From a virus (taxonomy: Duplodnaviria; Caudoviricetes), in the IMG/VR virus record IMGVR_UViG_3300032297_000473, positions 1 through 58,531 of that record: a stretch of DNA of 58,531 bases, one strand, 5' to 3'. Both the position numbers and the translations under genes were made by a program. Positions 10,568 to 20,151 of the stretch are shown piece after piece; position 1 is the stretch's first letter; each line of letters begins with the position of its first letter. The notes below the pieces were generated by a model. That model was not told where the DNA came from. It saw only the letters and a program-made list of their open reading frames with translations, and did no database searches.

Positions 10568-11434
10568 ATGTATAAAGCAAAACATTCTAAGTTTAGAAAT
10601 ACTGGGTTGCTATTTGAGTTACTTACTCGACAAGTAACTGCGGATATTTTAGCTGGTAAGGACGAATCACCGGCTAAAAATTTACTGTTTAAGTATTTTT
10701 CGCCAAATACAGAACTTGGACGCGAATGGCAATTGTATAATTTTTTAGTAAACGAACGTGCCAAAGATGAAACTCTAGCAGAAAAATATATTTCAATCAC
10801 TTTAAAGCAAAGAGAAAAGCTTGATAACAAAAAACTTACCGAGCAAAAATATAATTTAATCAAAGAAATTAATGATGTCTATTCCGCAGAAACATTATTA
10901 AAATCCAGTTTAAAAAATTATAAACTTTTTGCTTCAGTTTATAAATTATTTGAAGATCACATCAATAATAAAATTAAGTTTGATATTCAAGAAGTAATTC
11001 AAGCTAGAAATTTTATTAGTGAAAATCTATGTGGTGTTAAAAAGAAATCACCGGAAGCAGAAGAAGAAGTCATTAAAATTTACAAACAACAAAGCGAAGA
11101 TATTCGTATGTTGTCTTACAAAATCATGGTAGATAGCTTGAATGAAAAATATCAAGGACTTGATCAAAATCAAAAACGATTGCTTCGTGAATTTATTAAC
11201 AATATTACCAATACAAATTCATTGAATGTATTGATTAATGAAGAAGTAGAAACTGTAAAGAAAGAATTGACTGAATTGAGTTCACAAGTTGATTCGGATG
11301 TTATCAGAATTAAAATTACAGAAACTGTAAAACAATTGGATAAAGTCAAACCATCAAAGAGTGTCAAAGACAATCAAGTTATGGTTTTGTTGCTTTCATA
11401 TGAACTCATCAAAGAAATCAAATCACAAATTTAA
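10568..11434 (+). CDS. hypothetical head-module protein
   Basis: 288-aa helical ORF between portal and protease; TATTTAT at 10538-10544. Confidence 0.6.
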   Translation: MYKAKHSKFRNTGLLFELLTRQVTADILAGKDESPAKNLLFKYFSPNTELGREWQLYNFLVNERAKDETLAEKYISITLKQREKLDNKKLTEQKYNLIKEINDVYSAETLLKSSLKNYKLFASVYKLFEDHINNKIKFDIQEVIQARNFISENLCGVKKKSPEAEEEVIKIYKQQSEDIRMLSYKIMVDSLNEKYQGLDQNQKRLLREFINNITNTNSLNVLINEEVETVKKELTELSSQVDSDVIRIKITETVKQLDKVKPSKSVKDNQVMVLLLSYELIKEIKSQI

Positions 11435-11440
11435 TAATAT

Positions 11441-11944
11441 ATGAATAAAGACAACGTAGATAAAAAAGGTAAAATCATTGTTGGAGGCACTTTGCGTGAA
11501 AAATTAAAGGATAAGTTGAAAGACCTTATTCGTAAAAAAATGACAGAAATTTCAACAAGTGGTGCTGCTGGTGGTAGTGCTGCGGACGGTAGTGCCGGTC
11601 CAGTAAAAACGCCATATGCATTTGGTAAAGTAAAAGATCCTACAACTGGTTTGGATGGATATAAGCAAGTTGGCAAAACTGAAACAGGTACAATTACTGA
11701 AAAAGAAGGTGCTAAAAAATCTGAAAAGTCAGAAAAAGAACCTGCTAAAAAGAGTGAACCAACGCCATATGAACCAATTGTACCAAGTGTAACACCAAAG
11801 ACTCCCGCAGAAAAAGCCGCTGCCGAACTTTCACCAGATAATCTACAACGCGAAAAAGATTTAGCAACAATTGTAAATAAATTGAGCGATATGTTGAGCA
11901 AACGTAGATTAGCAAAAAAAGCAAAATCTAAAAAAACCGATTAA
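11441..11944 (+). CDS. putative prohead core/internal protein
   Basis: K/E-rich, MTE/ITE protease-type sites, head-module position. Confidence 0.5.
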   Translation: MNKDNVDKKGKIIVGGTLREKLKDKLKDLIRKKMTEISTSGAAGGSAADGSAGPVKTPYAFGKVKDPTTGLDGYKQVGKTETGTITEKEGAKKSEKSEKEPAKKSEPTPYEPIVPSVTPKTPAEKAAAELSPDNLQREKDLATIVNKLSDMLSKRRLAKKAKSKKTD

Positions 11945-11949
11945 TACTT

Positions 11950-12432
11950 ATGTCGATTAGTTTAAAAAGACTAATAGAATTGGATAGTGAGCCGCAAGCA
12001 AAACAACCCGCTGCGGCTTATAATCCTATTGTTGCTCAACAACCAACACCACAAGGTCAGGAATTTAATGTTGGATTAGATTTTACTAATTTTGAGCGTA
12101 CAATTGCAGCGTTTACTGAAAACGCAAAAAATGCATTTCAACAAAAACTTATGAGTTTGGTTGGAAATAAAAAGGTATTTTTGCGTGGCAGTAAAGGTTA
12201 TGGTCAACCAATTAAAGATTATACTATCAATGTAAAAAGCGTTAGCATTGACTTTTATTATGAACGTTATGTTGTTGTTTTCAAAGATGAAAATGACAAA
12301 GAATACTTTTTAGAGCCGGGATACAAGATTAAAATCTTGGGTCAGGCACAAATTGTTCCAAAAACACCAAAGAAAAAAAAGAAGGAACAACCTCCGGTTG
12401 CACCAGTTCAACCAAATATTAATCCTAGATAA
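11950..12432 (+). CDS. hypothetical head protein (N-term MSISLKRLIE)
   Basis: ORF in head operon with leader peptide ending LIE. Confidence 0.55.
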   Translation: MSISLKRLIELDSEPQAKQPAAAYNPIVAQQPTPQGQEFNVGLDFTNFERTIAAFTENAKNAFQQKLMSLVGNKKVFLRGSKGYGQPIKDYTINVKSVSIDFYYERYVVVFKDENDKEYFLEPGYKIKILGQAQIVPKTPKKKKKEQPPVAPVQPNINPR

Positions 12433-12433
12433 T

Positions 12434-13051
12434 ATGAATAAAGAATTACTTGTTGATTGCATTTCGTTTGCAGTAAGCCGAGATGTCATAAATGAAATGA
12501 CAAATAGCGGCGGACCTTTTGTAGTAAAAGGTGTATTGCAACGTGCCAATGCAAAAAATCAAAATGGTAGAATTTATCCAAAAGCAATTTTGGAACGCGA
12601 AGCAGTAAAATATACTGAAAACTTTATCAAACAACGCCGTGCATTGGGTGAATTAGATCACCCTGAAACAAGTGTTGTTAATTTGCAAAATGTTAGTCAT
12701 AACGTTTTGGAAGTTCACTGGGAAGGTGATGATTTGGTAGGCAGTGTTGAAATCTTAACAACGCCAAGCGGCAATATTTTGCGCGAGTTGTTTAAAAGCT
12801 CAATCAATGTTGGCATTAGTAGTCGTGGTGTAGGTAGTGTAAAACGAAAAATGGCAGAAAGTGCAGATGAAGTTCAAGAAGACTTTGAATTAATTGCATT
12901 CGATTTCGTTAGTAACCCAAGCACACAAGGAGCATTTTTACATCCATCTGGCCAAATTCAAGAAGGTGTAAATACAGTTAAAAATCCAGTTACAAACAAA
13001 TGGGATAATGTAAATAATATTATTCGAGAAATCTTAGGAGAAATTAAATAA
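12434..13051 (+). CDS. gp21: prohead core protease (T4 gp21-like)
   Basis: KNQNGRIYP, ALGELDHP (His), GISSRGVGS (Ser), FDFVSNPS; ATG 12434 preferred. Confidence 0.95.
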   Translation: MNKELLVDCISFAVSRDVINEMTNSGGPFVVKGVLQRANAKNQNGRIYPKAILEREAVKYTENFIKQRRALGELDHPETSVVNLQNVSHNVLEVHWEGDDLVGSVEILTTPSGNILRELFKSSINVGISSRGVGSVKRKMAESADEVQEDFELIAFDFVSNPSTQGAFLHPSGQIQEGVNTVKNPVTNKWDNVNNIIREILGEIK

Positions 13052-13057
13052 AATAAT

Positions 13058-14290
13058 ATGGACCAATTAACCACAGATAAATTATTGGAAGAAGCTTTTG
13101 AGAAACTAAAATCAAAACTTTCCGGTGCAATGCATGCTGCTGGTCAATTTGTGAAAACCGGCAATGTTGGACTTGCAAAAACTAGTTATAGTGCTCAAAG
13201 TGTAGCAAAACGTGCAGAATTATTTAAACAAACAGTTGGTGATTATTTAAGTAAAATCGAACAATTTGATACTACTGGCGCAACTAAACTTAATACATTA
13301 TCTCACATCGGTCCTGTTGTAATTAAAAGCAAATCCACTGTAAATGAACCTGCGGATGGTCAACAATACACAACGTCCGCTGGACTTACTTATACCTATA
13401 ACGCTAAATCAAAATCTTGGTTTGATGCTGGTGGAAGAAAGATGGGAAATTCTCCAATGATGACCAAGAAGTTTTTAAAACAATATCCAAAGGGAGTTGT
13501 TAAAGAAATTACAAGTTTAAATGAAGCCGGTGAAGTATTTGCATACGAACGTGAAATTGAAAAGCAAATCAAATCTTTCATTACAGATTTGGCAACTCAA
13601 TTTAATGTAACAGGTAATAATACAAAAGAAATTCTTACTAATTTAGAAAAATTGCCAGCGGTTCCTGATTTAAAAAAAGCAGTCACTGAATTAAATGCTT
13701 TTATTAATGATCTGGGAACAAAGACAAAATTAACAATTAAACTTCCAGAAGTTAAAATTGCCGTTCCTGCTGCTAAACCTACATCAGCCGCAACGTCAAA
13801 AACTACATCAACAAAAGCTGCACCAGCAAAACCTACGTCTACATCAAATGCTCCGAAAATGGGAGATAATGTTGTGCTAGGAAATTATAAATTTACATTT
13901 GATGGCAAATCTTGGATTAGTCCAATCGATCATAAACCAGTAAAAGATGCAGGCATTCTTCGTGCTATTAATCTTCAGATTCTTAATAAGAAACCTGTAT
14001 CAAAGTCAAAGAAACCAGTTTCTAAAAAACCTACATCCACAGGTGGAACATCAACGGGTGGAACATCAAGCACACCGTCAGGTGGAGCACCAAAAGATGG
14101 CGCAATTGATGCGTCAAAAAAATATAAATTTGATGCTACTAAAGGATTATGGATTAATATTGCAACAAATACTGCATTGAGCAAATTTAATTCAGATAAT
14201 AAAACCAAAGCTTATTGGAAAGCAGTTGCAGCCAAAAAAATAGTTCCAGAAGGTAAAACTAAAATTACATATAAAGAGTTTTTCGTATAA
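13058..14290 (+). CDS. putative internal head protein, basic low-complexity
   Basis: LLEE and SLNE cleavage-like sites, repeated small Y-x-F/Y-D/N..W modules, K/T/P-rich linkers. Confidence 0.5.
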   Translation: MDQLTTDKLLEEAFEKLKSKLSGAMHAAGQFVKTGNVGLAKTSYSAQSVAKRAELFKQTVGDYLSKIEQFDTTGATKLNTLSHIGPVVIKSKSTVNEPADGQQYTTSAGLTYTYNAKSKSWFDAGGRKMGNSPMMTKKFLKQYPKGVVKEITSLNEAGEVFAYEREIEKQIKSFITDLATQFNVTGNNTKEILTNLEKLPAVPDLKKAVTELNAFINDLGTKTKLTIKLPEVKIAVPAAKPTSAATSKTTSTKAAPAKPTSTSNAPKMGDNVVLGNYKFTFDGKSWISPIDHKPVKDAGILRAINLQILNKKPVSKSKKPVSKKPTSTGGTSTGGTSSTPSGGAPKDGAIDASKKYKFDATKGLWINIATNTALSKFNSDNKTKAYWKAVAAKKIVPEGKTKITYKEFFV

Positions 14291-14310
14291 TCGTCTATAT
14301 TTATTAACAT

Positions 14311-14796
14311 ATGATCACCTTAAAGAAAATTATTGAAGGAGTTGAACAAGAATCTTCTGTAGATACCAACGAATTGAGTGGTATGATGGGACAATCACCT
14401 ACTACATGGGATACGCCAAAAGCATATGCTCCTGCTGGTTCTCCGGTTCGTACAAATGAAGCATTGCCTTCAAAAAAATTGACCGCTGAAGAAAAGCGTA
14501 AATTACTTGGTATGATTGGTCAATTTAACGAATATCGTCGTGCTATGAAGATGGCTGACGAATTGAAACAAGTTGCTGAAAATATTGTTTATATTGCTGA
14601 AATGACTGAAAAATACGGTTTGAATGAAACAAGCGAATGGTTTGAAGGAGTAACGTTGGAACGTGATATGAAAGAAATAAAACGCTATGCAAGTGACCTG
14701 CATAAGATTGCTACTAAAGTTCATCCACAAGTTGAACAAGCTGAAGCAATATACGAAGAAATTGGACTAAAGTTAGAAAGATATTTTAATCTATAA
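14311..14796 (+). CDS. putative prohead core protein (N-term MITLKKIIE)
   Basis: Helical ORF; TATTTAT at 14298-14304. Confidence 0.55.
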   Translation: MITLKKIIEGVEQESSVDTNELSGMMGQSPTTWDTPKAYAPAGSPVRTNEALPSKKLTAEEKRKLLGMIGQFNEYRRAMKMADELKQVAENIVYIAEMTEKYGLNETSEWFEGVTLERDMKEIKRYASDLHKIATKVHPQVEQAEAIYEEIGLKLERYFNL

Positions 14797-14798
14797 AT

Positions 14799-14829
14799 AA
14801 AAAAACCCCGCTGTTAAGCGGGGTTTTTT
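14799..14829. terminator. bidirectional intrinsic terminator
   Basis: A7-ccccgct-gtta-agcgggg-T6 between convergent genes. Confidence 0.9.
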
Positions 14830-14830
14830 G

Positions 14831-15214
14831 TTATACTTCTAATTTTCCAAACTCATCTATTCTATCCATCATGTTATCAAATGATTTGAAATAATGTTTT
14901 CTATCATTAATTTTTAATTCATATCCGAGTTTTTTATGCTTGGCAATGCTGTATCTATTCATATCCATGTCACCGGGAATAGTTAGCCCCATATGACTAT
15001 CACCTTCGATTTGAAAACCCATACCTTCAAGCATATCCAAATGTTTCATTTCCCATGAATTTGGATTATCGAAGTCATCTAACTTGTAATAATTTTCATT
15101 TTGTAGTTCGGATGTATGATAATCTTTTCGAATATTCATTGGTTGTTTGTAGCTATTATGATTGCTACCAACACTATGACGTTTTGAACTAATTGTAAAT
15201 TGTTTTGATTGCAT
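14831..15214 (-). CDS. hypothetical protein
   Basis: Minus-strand ORF filling the gap, 3 nt after upstream minus ORF, ends at the bidirectional terminator. Confidence 0.65.
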   Translation of the reverse strand: MQSKQFTISSKRHSVGSNHNSYKQPMNIRKDYHTSELQNENYYKLDDFDNPNSWEMKHLDMLEGMGFQIEGDSHMGLTIPGDMDMNRYSIAKHKKLGYELKINDRKHYFKSFDNMMDRIDEFGKLEV

Positions 15215-15217
15215 ATG

Positions 15218-15703
15218 TTATTTATTCATTAATAGAGCGTCTGTGAAAAAATTATAAATGTTGCTCAAGAAATTTGGAATATTTGCATTTTTGTCAAATG
15301 GACTTCCTGAGCGGCTAAACACTGCGCCGGGTTTATCTATATCTTCTCGTTTAGTAAATGCAACATACCACATGACATATTTATATTCATTAGAATTTTG
15401 TGGATTTGCAATTTTTCTAATGGCAAAATGAAAATTTGTTGGAGATTGATTAATTTCAAATTGAATAGTATTATTTGTAAAATCCGCCGAATCTAAATTA
15501 TATCTACTTTTAATTGCTGCTTTAATTTTTTCAAGTTCTTGAGGACCAATCGGATAAGGACGATTATGTCCTTTTTGTAATACAGCAGTCAAATTGGTAT
15601 CATCTGCTTCTTTTGTTTCAACATAAGAAGATTCTATCAACATATTTTCCAACAATACCTTTTTGATATATTGCTTCAATGATTGTTTTTGTTTTTCAGT
15701 CAT
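15218..15703 (-). CDS. hypothetical protein with LKQYIKKVLLE leader
   Basis: Minus-strand ORF preceded by TATTTAT on its own strand (15708-15714). Confidence 0.65.
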   Translation of the reverse strand: MTEKQKQSLKQYIKKVLLENMLIESSYVETKEADDTNLTAVLQKGHNRPYPIGPQELEKIKAAIKSRYNLDSADFTNNTIQFEINQSPTNFHFAIRKIANPQNSNEYKYVMWYVAFTKREDIDKPGAVFSRSGSPFDKNANIPNFLSNIYNFFTDALLMNK

Positions 15704-15756
15704 ATAAATAAATATCTAAAATTATTTTAACTTTTGCATTTTTTAATTATATTTAT
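15704..15756. promoter_or_regulatory. divergent late-promoter pair
   Basis: ATAAATA at 15704-15714 (minus-strand TATTTAT) and TATTTAT at 15750-15756. Confidence 0.6.
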
Positions 15757-15768
15757 TTTACAGTAATA

Positions 15769-15843
15769 CGACATTTCCTTTGTCGCAATAAATATTCTAA
15801 CTTTATTGGAGTTTCTATAATAACTTCAGAAACAAACAAAGGA
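15769..15843 (+). promoter_or_regulatory. structured 5' leader of scaffold-capsid operon with anti-SD
   Basis: Hairpins cgaca/tgtcg, caataaa/tttattg, gtttct/agaaac; tcctttgt complementary to acaaagga (SD). Confidence 0.55.
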
Positions 15844-15850
15844 TAACTAT

Positions 15851-17014
15851 ATGTCAAAATTATTACAAGAAGCACTCGCTGACGCAAAAGCCGTTAAGCG
15901 TATTGCTATTGAAAATGCTAAAGTAGCATTAGAAGAAACATTCCAACGTGAAGTCACCGGAATGTTCCAAGAAAAAATCAAAGAAGAATTGGCCAACGAA
16001 GAAACCTACGGTGTAGGTGATCAAAGTGGCGGTCTTCAAGGATCCAGTGATATTGGTGGAACTGTTGGTGGTAGCAAAAAGCCATCTGCAAAAGCACATC
16101 AAACATCAACTAAGGTTGTAGCTCAACCAAGAGAAAAATTCTTTGAAGAAGCTGAAGAAGATGAAGAATCACTTCATGCTGAAGGTGGTCCTCACCAAAC
16201 TCAATTCGAAGCTTCAGAAGAAGAAGCTGTTCATGATGAAACAATTACCAATCAAGAATTGGAAGAAATCTTGAGTAGCTTGGAAGAAGAATTAGATGAA
16301 GAAGGTGAAGTAGCACCAGCACCAGCACCAGTTGATCCAATGGCACAAGCTCCTGCTCCAATGGCTCCTGCTCCCGTTGATCCAAATGCTCCAGTAGCTG
16401 CTCAACCTCCAGTTGATCCAAATGCTCCTGCTGCTCCAGTTGCTCCTGCTCCAATGGCACAAGCACAACCTCCAGTTGCTGAAGAAGAAGAAAGCATGGA
16501 AGAAATCAGCCTCGACGAACTTTTGAGTGAAATCGGTGCTGAAGAAAGCTTGGAAGAAGCTAAGGCAGAAGACGAAGAAGAAGAAGATAAAGAAGAAGAA
16601 GACGATTTGAAGGAAGAAAATACCTCACTTCGTACCCAATTGAGCGAACACATTAAAGTCATTGAATATTTGCGTGAACAAATCAATGAAATTAATTTGT
16701 TGAATGCAAAATTATTGTATACCAACAAGTTGTTTAAGCAATTTGGTTTGAATAACTCACAAAAATTGAGCATTGTTGAAAAATTCGACTTGGCAAGCAC
16801 AGTACGTGAAGTCAAGTATGCATACACAATTTTAGCCGAATCATTAAGTTCCGGTGCATCAACAGTCAAGAAGACTAATACTGTTGCAAAATCTATCACC
16901 GAAGGTTTGGCAAGCAAAGCAGTTGCATCCACAAAACCATCAAAAGATGTAATTGTTGAAAACACTAACGAGATGGCTTTGAGATTCCAAAGACTCGCCG
17001 GAATCAAGAAGTAA
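15851..17014 (+). CDS. prohead scaffold protein (T4 gp22-like role)
   Basis: Acidic coiled-coil with many LxE sites, NLLNAKLLYTNKLF, C-term RFQRLAGI; directly upstream of MCP; AAGGA SD. Confidence 0.8.
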   Translation: MSKLLQEALADAKAVKRIAIENAKVALEETFQREVTGMFQEKIKEELANEETYGVGDQSGGLQGSSDIGGTVGGSKKPSAKAHQTSTKVVAQPREKFFEEAEEDEESLHAEGGPHQTQFEASEEEAVHDETITNQELEEILSSLEEELDEEGEVAPAPAPVDPMAQAPAPMAPAPVDPNAPVAAQPPVDPNAPAAPVAPAPMAQAQPPVAEEEESMEEISLDELLSEIGAEESLEEAKAEDEEEEDKEEEDDLKEENTSLRTQLSEHIKVIEYLREQINEINLLNAKLLYTNKLFKQFGLNNSQKLSIVEKFDLASTVREVKYAYTILAESLSSGASTVKKTNTVAKSITEGLASKAVASTKPSKDVIVENTNEMALRFQRLAGIKK

Positions 17015-17063
17015 TTTTAATGGTGAGCAAAAACCAAACAAAAATAGATAAGGAAAATATAAT

Positions 17064-18809
17064 ATGAGTGATATTAAGTCATTATTGACAAACAACATGA
17101 ACCCACAAGCACGTTTGATGCAGGAAACTCGTCAATTGCAAAGCAAGTGGGATAAAACTGGTCTTCTTGAAGGATTGGGCGGCGTAGAAAAAGCCAATAT
17201 GTCCATCTTGCTTGAAAACCAAGCAAAGCAATTGCTTGATGAAGCAACTGCTACAGGCACATCAGCAAACAGTGAACAATGGGCTGGCGTAGCTCTTCCA
17301 TTGGTTCGCCGTGTATTTGCTGAAATTAGCGCAAAGGAATTCGTTTCAGTACAACCAATGAATTTGCCAAGCGGTTTGATCTTCTATTTGGATTTCAAAT
17401 ATGGTTCAACCAACGGTGGATTTAATGCTGATACAACCAGCAGCTACAGTTCATTGTTCGGCGGAACAGGTAAGAAGCTTGGTTCAACTGATAGTGCAAC
17501 TGGTGGTTTGTATGGTGTAGGTCGTTATGGTTATTCTGTAAACGATACCACTGTTACTGTTGCTGCTGCAACAGGTAGTAGTTTGGGTGCTGCTGGTCTT
17601 TATTTCACCACTGCATCATATAGTGATGTAGATTATGATCAAGCATATAGTTCAAGTATTGTTTCTAAAGAAATCTACAAAGTTGTAATTAACTTGGGTG
17701 ATAATGGAACAACTTCAACAAATCCAAATTATGCTTCAATTAGCAATGCTGATTTAAATGCAGTACGTAGTTTCACATTTACATCGGCATCAATTACACA
17801 ATTACCAAATTTCAATGTAGCATACAATACTGGTAGTTTGGCAAATCCACAATATCAAATCGCATTGTTCTTCAGCGGTGCTGCTGCTATTCTCGGTGGA
17901 TTTAAAGTAACCGGATCATTGATGTATAGTAAGCAACCAACTGATACAACCCGTGGTGACTTCGAAGACAAGAATCCATTCAGTGGTACTGGTACAAGTG
18001 GTATTAACCAAGGTACTGATATCGGTATTCCAGAAATTAATTTGGAATTGAAGAGTGAACCTATCGTTGCTAAGACACGTAAATTGAAAGCCGTTTGGAC
18101 TCCTGAATTGGCTCAAGATTTGAACGCTTACCATAGCATCGATGCAGAAGCAGAATTGACTGCTTTGTTGAGCGAATACGTCTCAATGGAAATCGACTTG
18201 GAAATCCTCGACATGTTAATTACTGCTGCTCCGGGTGTAACAACTCAAGCATGGAGTGCTAAGATCGGTAATGAATTGGCAGTTAACTTGGATAACTTCG
18301 GTAATATGAATAGTATTACTTTGAGCACCGATGCAAACAACAAGACTGCATATGTTAAGAGCACTTGGTTCCAAACCTTGGGTAACAAGATTCAACGTGT
18401 ATCTAACAAGATTCACCAATTGACTCTTCGTGGTGGTGCTAACTTCTTGGTCGTAAGTCCAGATGTTGCAACTATCTTGGAAAGTATTCCGGGCTATGTA
18501 GTAAATACTGATGGTGATAGTGCTAAGTTCGCAATGGGTGTAAGTCGTGTTGGTAGCTTCGCAAGTCGCTTCCAAGTTTACAAGAACCCATATATGGTTG
18601 AAAACGTAATCTTGGTTGGTTTCCGTGGAAATAACTTCCTCGAAACCGGTGCAGTTTATGCTCCATATATCCCACTCGTACAAACTCCATTGGTATACGA
18701 TCCAATTAACTTCACACCACGTCGTGGAGTATTGACTCGTTATGCGAAAAAGGTAATCCGCCCCGAATTTTATGGAAAAGTATATATTGGTGATCTTGAC
18801 CAAGTATAA
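17064..18809 (+). CDS. gp23: major capsid protein (T4 gp23-like) with internal insertion
   Basis: LLENQ, LPLVRRVF, VQPMNLPSGLIFYL, AKTRKLKAVWTPELAQDL, YAPYIPL, TRYA motifs. Confidence 0.95.
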   Translation: MSDIKSLLTNNMNPQARLMQETRQLQSKWDKTGLLEGLGGVEKANMSILLENQAKQLLDEATATGTSANSEQWAGVALPLVRRVFAEISAKEFVSVQPMNLPSGLIFYLDFKYGSTNGGFNADTTSSYSSLFGGTGKKLGSTDSATGGLYGVGRYGYSVNDTTVTVAAATGSSLGAAGLYFTTASYSDVDYDQAYSSSIVSKEIYKVVINLGDNGTTSTNPNYASISNADLNAVRSFTFTSASITQLPNFNVAYNTGSLANPQYQIALFFSGAAAILGGFKVTGSLMYSKQPTDTTRGDFEDKNPFSGTGTSGINQGTDIGIPEINLELKSEPIVAKTRKLKAVWTPELAQDLNAYHSIDAEAELTALLSEYVSMEIDLEILDMLITAAPGVTTQAWSAKIGNELAVNLDNFGNMNSITLSTDANNKTAYVKSTWFQTLGNKIQRVSNKIHQLTLRGGANFLVVSPDVATILESIPGYVVNTDGDSAKFAMGVSRVGSFASRFQVYKNPYMVENVILVGFRGNNFLETGAVYAPYIPLVQTPLVYDPINFTPRRGVLTRYAKKVIRPEFYGKVYIGDLDQV

Positions 18810-18835
18810 TACATAATTTAAATTAAAATAACACG

Positions 18836-18863
18836 AAAACCCCAGCATTTGCTGGGGTTTTTT
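18836..18863 (+). terminator. intrinsic terminator after MCP
   Basis: aaaaccccagca-tt-tgctggggtttttt. Confidence 0.9.
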
Positions 18864-18934
18864 GTTGTTTAGTTATTATATATTAACTTTACCATACAAT
18901 TCTACTATATATAGTCACGTAACGATTAAATATT

Positions 18935-19666
18935 ATGAACAGTGGAATATATAAAATAACAAATAAAAATAACGGAAAGTTTTACATTGGCTCATCAAAA
19001 CATCTTGATAGACGTTGGTGGGAACATCAAAATGATCTAGTCAAAAACAATCATATCAATCCTAAATTACAACATGCATGGAACTATCATGGCAAAAATG
19101 CGTTTGAATTTACAATAGTAGAAACCGTGGATGAAACAAAATTATTTGAACGAGAACAATTTTATTTAGATACATTCAAACCAAATCAAATTGGATATAA
19201 TATTGCAGAAAAGGCAAGTGGAGGTGACAATTTTACAAATCATCCAAATAAAATTGCTATATTAGAAAGAATGAAAACAGCTAATAATAAAGGTCATATG
19301 CATGGTAAAACACATAAACTAGAATCAATAGATAAACAAAAAGCGGCTGCTATCGGACGTTATTCACTGCAATGGTTTATTGATAAGCATGGAGAAACAG
19401 AAGGAACAAAATTGTATAACGAGCGTAGAATTAATCTTCAAAATCGACAAATGAATTATTCATATAATAATGGTATGAAAGGAAAATCGAGAGGAGCAAT
19501 GAGTGAAGAAGATAAAAAACGTATAAGTGAAAGTAAAGCGGCGTTTAAGCTTAGAAAAGCTGAGTTTGAAGTAGATTTAAAGTCAAATAATTATACATTA
19601 CAGCAGTTGGCAGAAAAATTTAATATTAGTAAAACATTAGTGAAATATTATAAACGTAAATTATAA
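18935..19666 (+). CDS. free-standing GIY-YIG homing endonuclease (Seg/I-TevI-like) with C-terminal HTH
   Basis: SGIYKITN..FYIGSS..R..H, EREQFYLD, GYN; C-term YTLQQLAEKFNISKTLV. Confidence 0.9.
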   Translation: MNSGIYKITNKNNGKFYIGSSKHLDRRWWEHQNDLVKNNHINPKLQHAWNYHGKNAFEFTIVETVDETKLFEREQFYLDTFKPNQIGYNIAEKASGGDNFTNHPNKIAILERMKTANNKGHMHGKTHKLESIDKQKAAAIGRYSLQWFIDKHGETEGTKLYNERRINLQNRQMNYSYNNGMKGKSRGAMSEEDKKRISESKAAFKLRKAEFEVDLKSNNYTLQQLAEKFNISKTLVKYYKRKL

Positions 19667-19679
19667 ACTATTTATATAC

Positions 19680-20102
19680 ATGATAAAATTGACAAAATTA
19701 TTATTTGAAATTATACAAAGAAGATCAACCCGTTCATGGTTATCTCCGTCTGGAATTTTTTTTGCAACTGTTGACGACGATGGAAATATAGTAAGTCACG
19801 AAACAACCGCAATTGATATATTAGATTATTTAAAAACCCACGCAGAAGATAAAGACATAATTAATGAAACGGCAAGTTCAATTTTATTTAAAAGCGGGTA
19901 TCATCGCATTGTGATGGGTAGTCAAGGGCAGTATTTACCACATGTTTTAATATGTAATAATCCTTTTAAAAAACCAAATAGAAAACAGATGTCAGAATTA
20001 ATAGATTTAGCAATTGAAAATCAAATAAATACTATCATGTACGACGATGGAACTTCAAAGGGTTATGTAAAAAACGTAATTTGGTCCAATACAGACATAT
20101 AA
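19680..20102 (+). CDS. hypothetical protein with MIKLTKLLFE leader
   Basis: WLSPSG.F..H motif; TATTTAT 4 nt before ATG. Confidence 0.65.
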   Translation: MIKLTKLLFEIIQRRSTRSWLSPSGIFFATVDDDGNIVSHETTAIDILDYLKTHAEDKDIINETASSILFKSGYHRIVMGSQGQYLPHVLICNNPFKKPNRKQMSELIDLAIENQINTIMYDDGTSKGYVKNVIWSNTDI

Positions 20103-20151
20103 CATAAAATACAAAGATTTTTATTTTTATTATTCTATTTATTGTTATTAT

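Noticed and set aside
16402-18848. Long antisense ORFs over scaffold and MCP (16402-17007, 18216-18848)
   Set aside because: Mirror of biased/low-complexity sense codons; plus-strand genes are well supported
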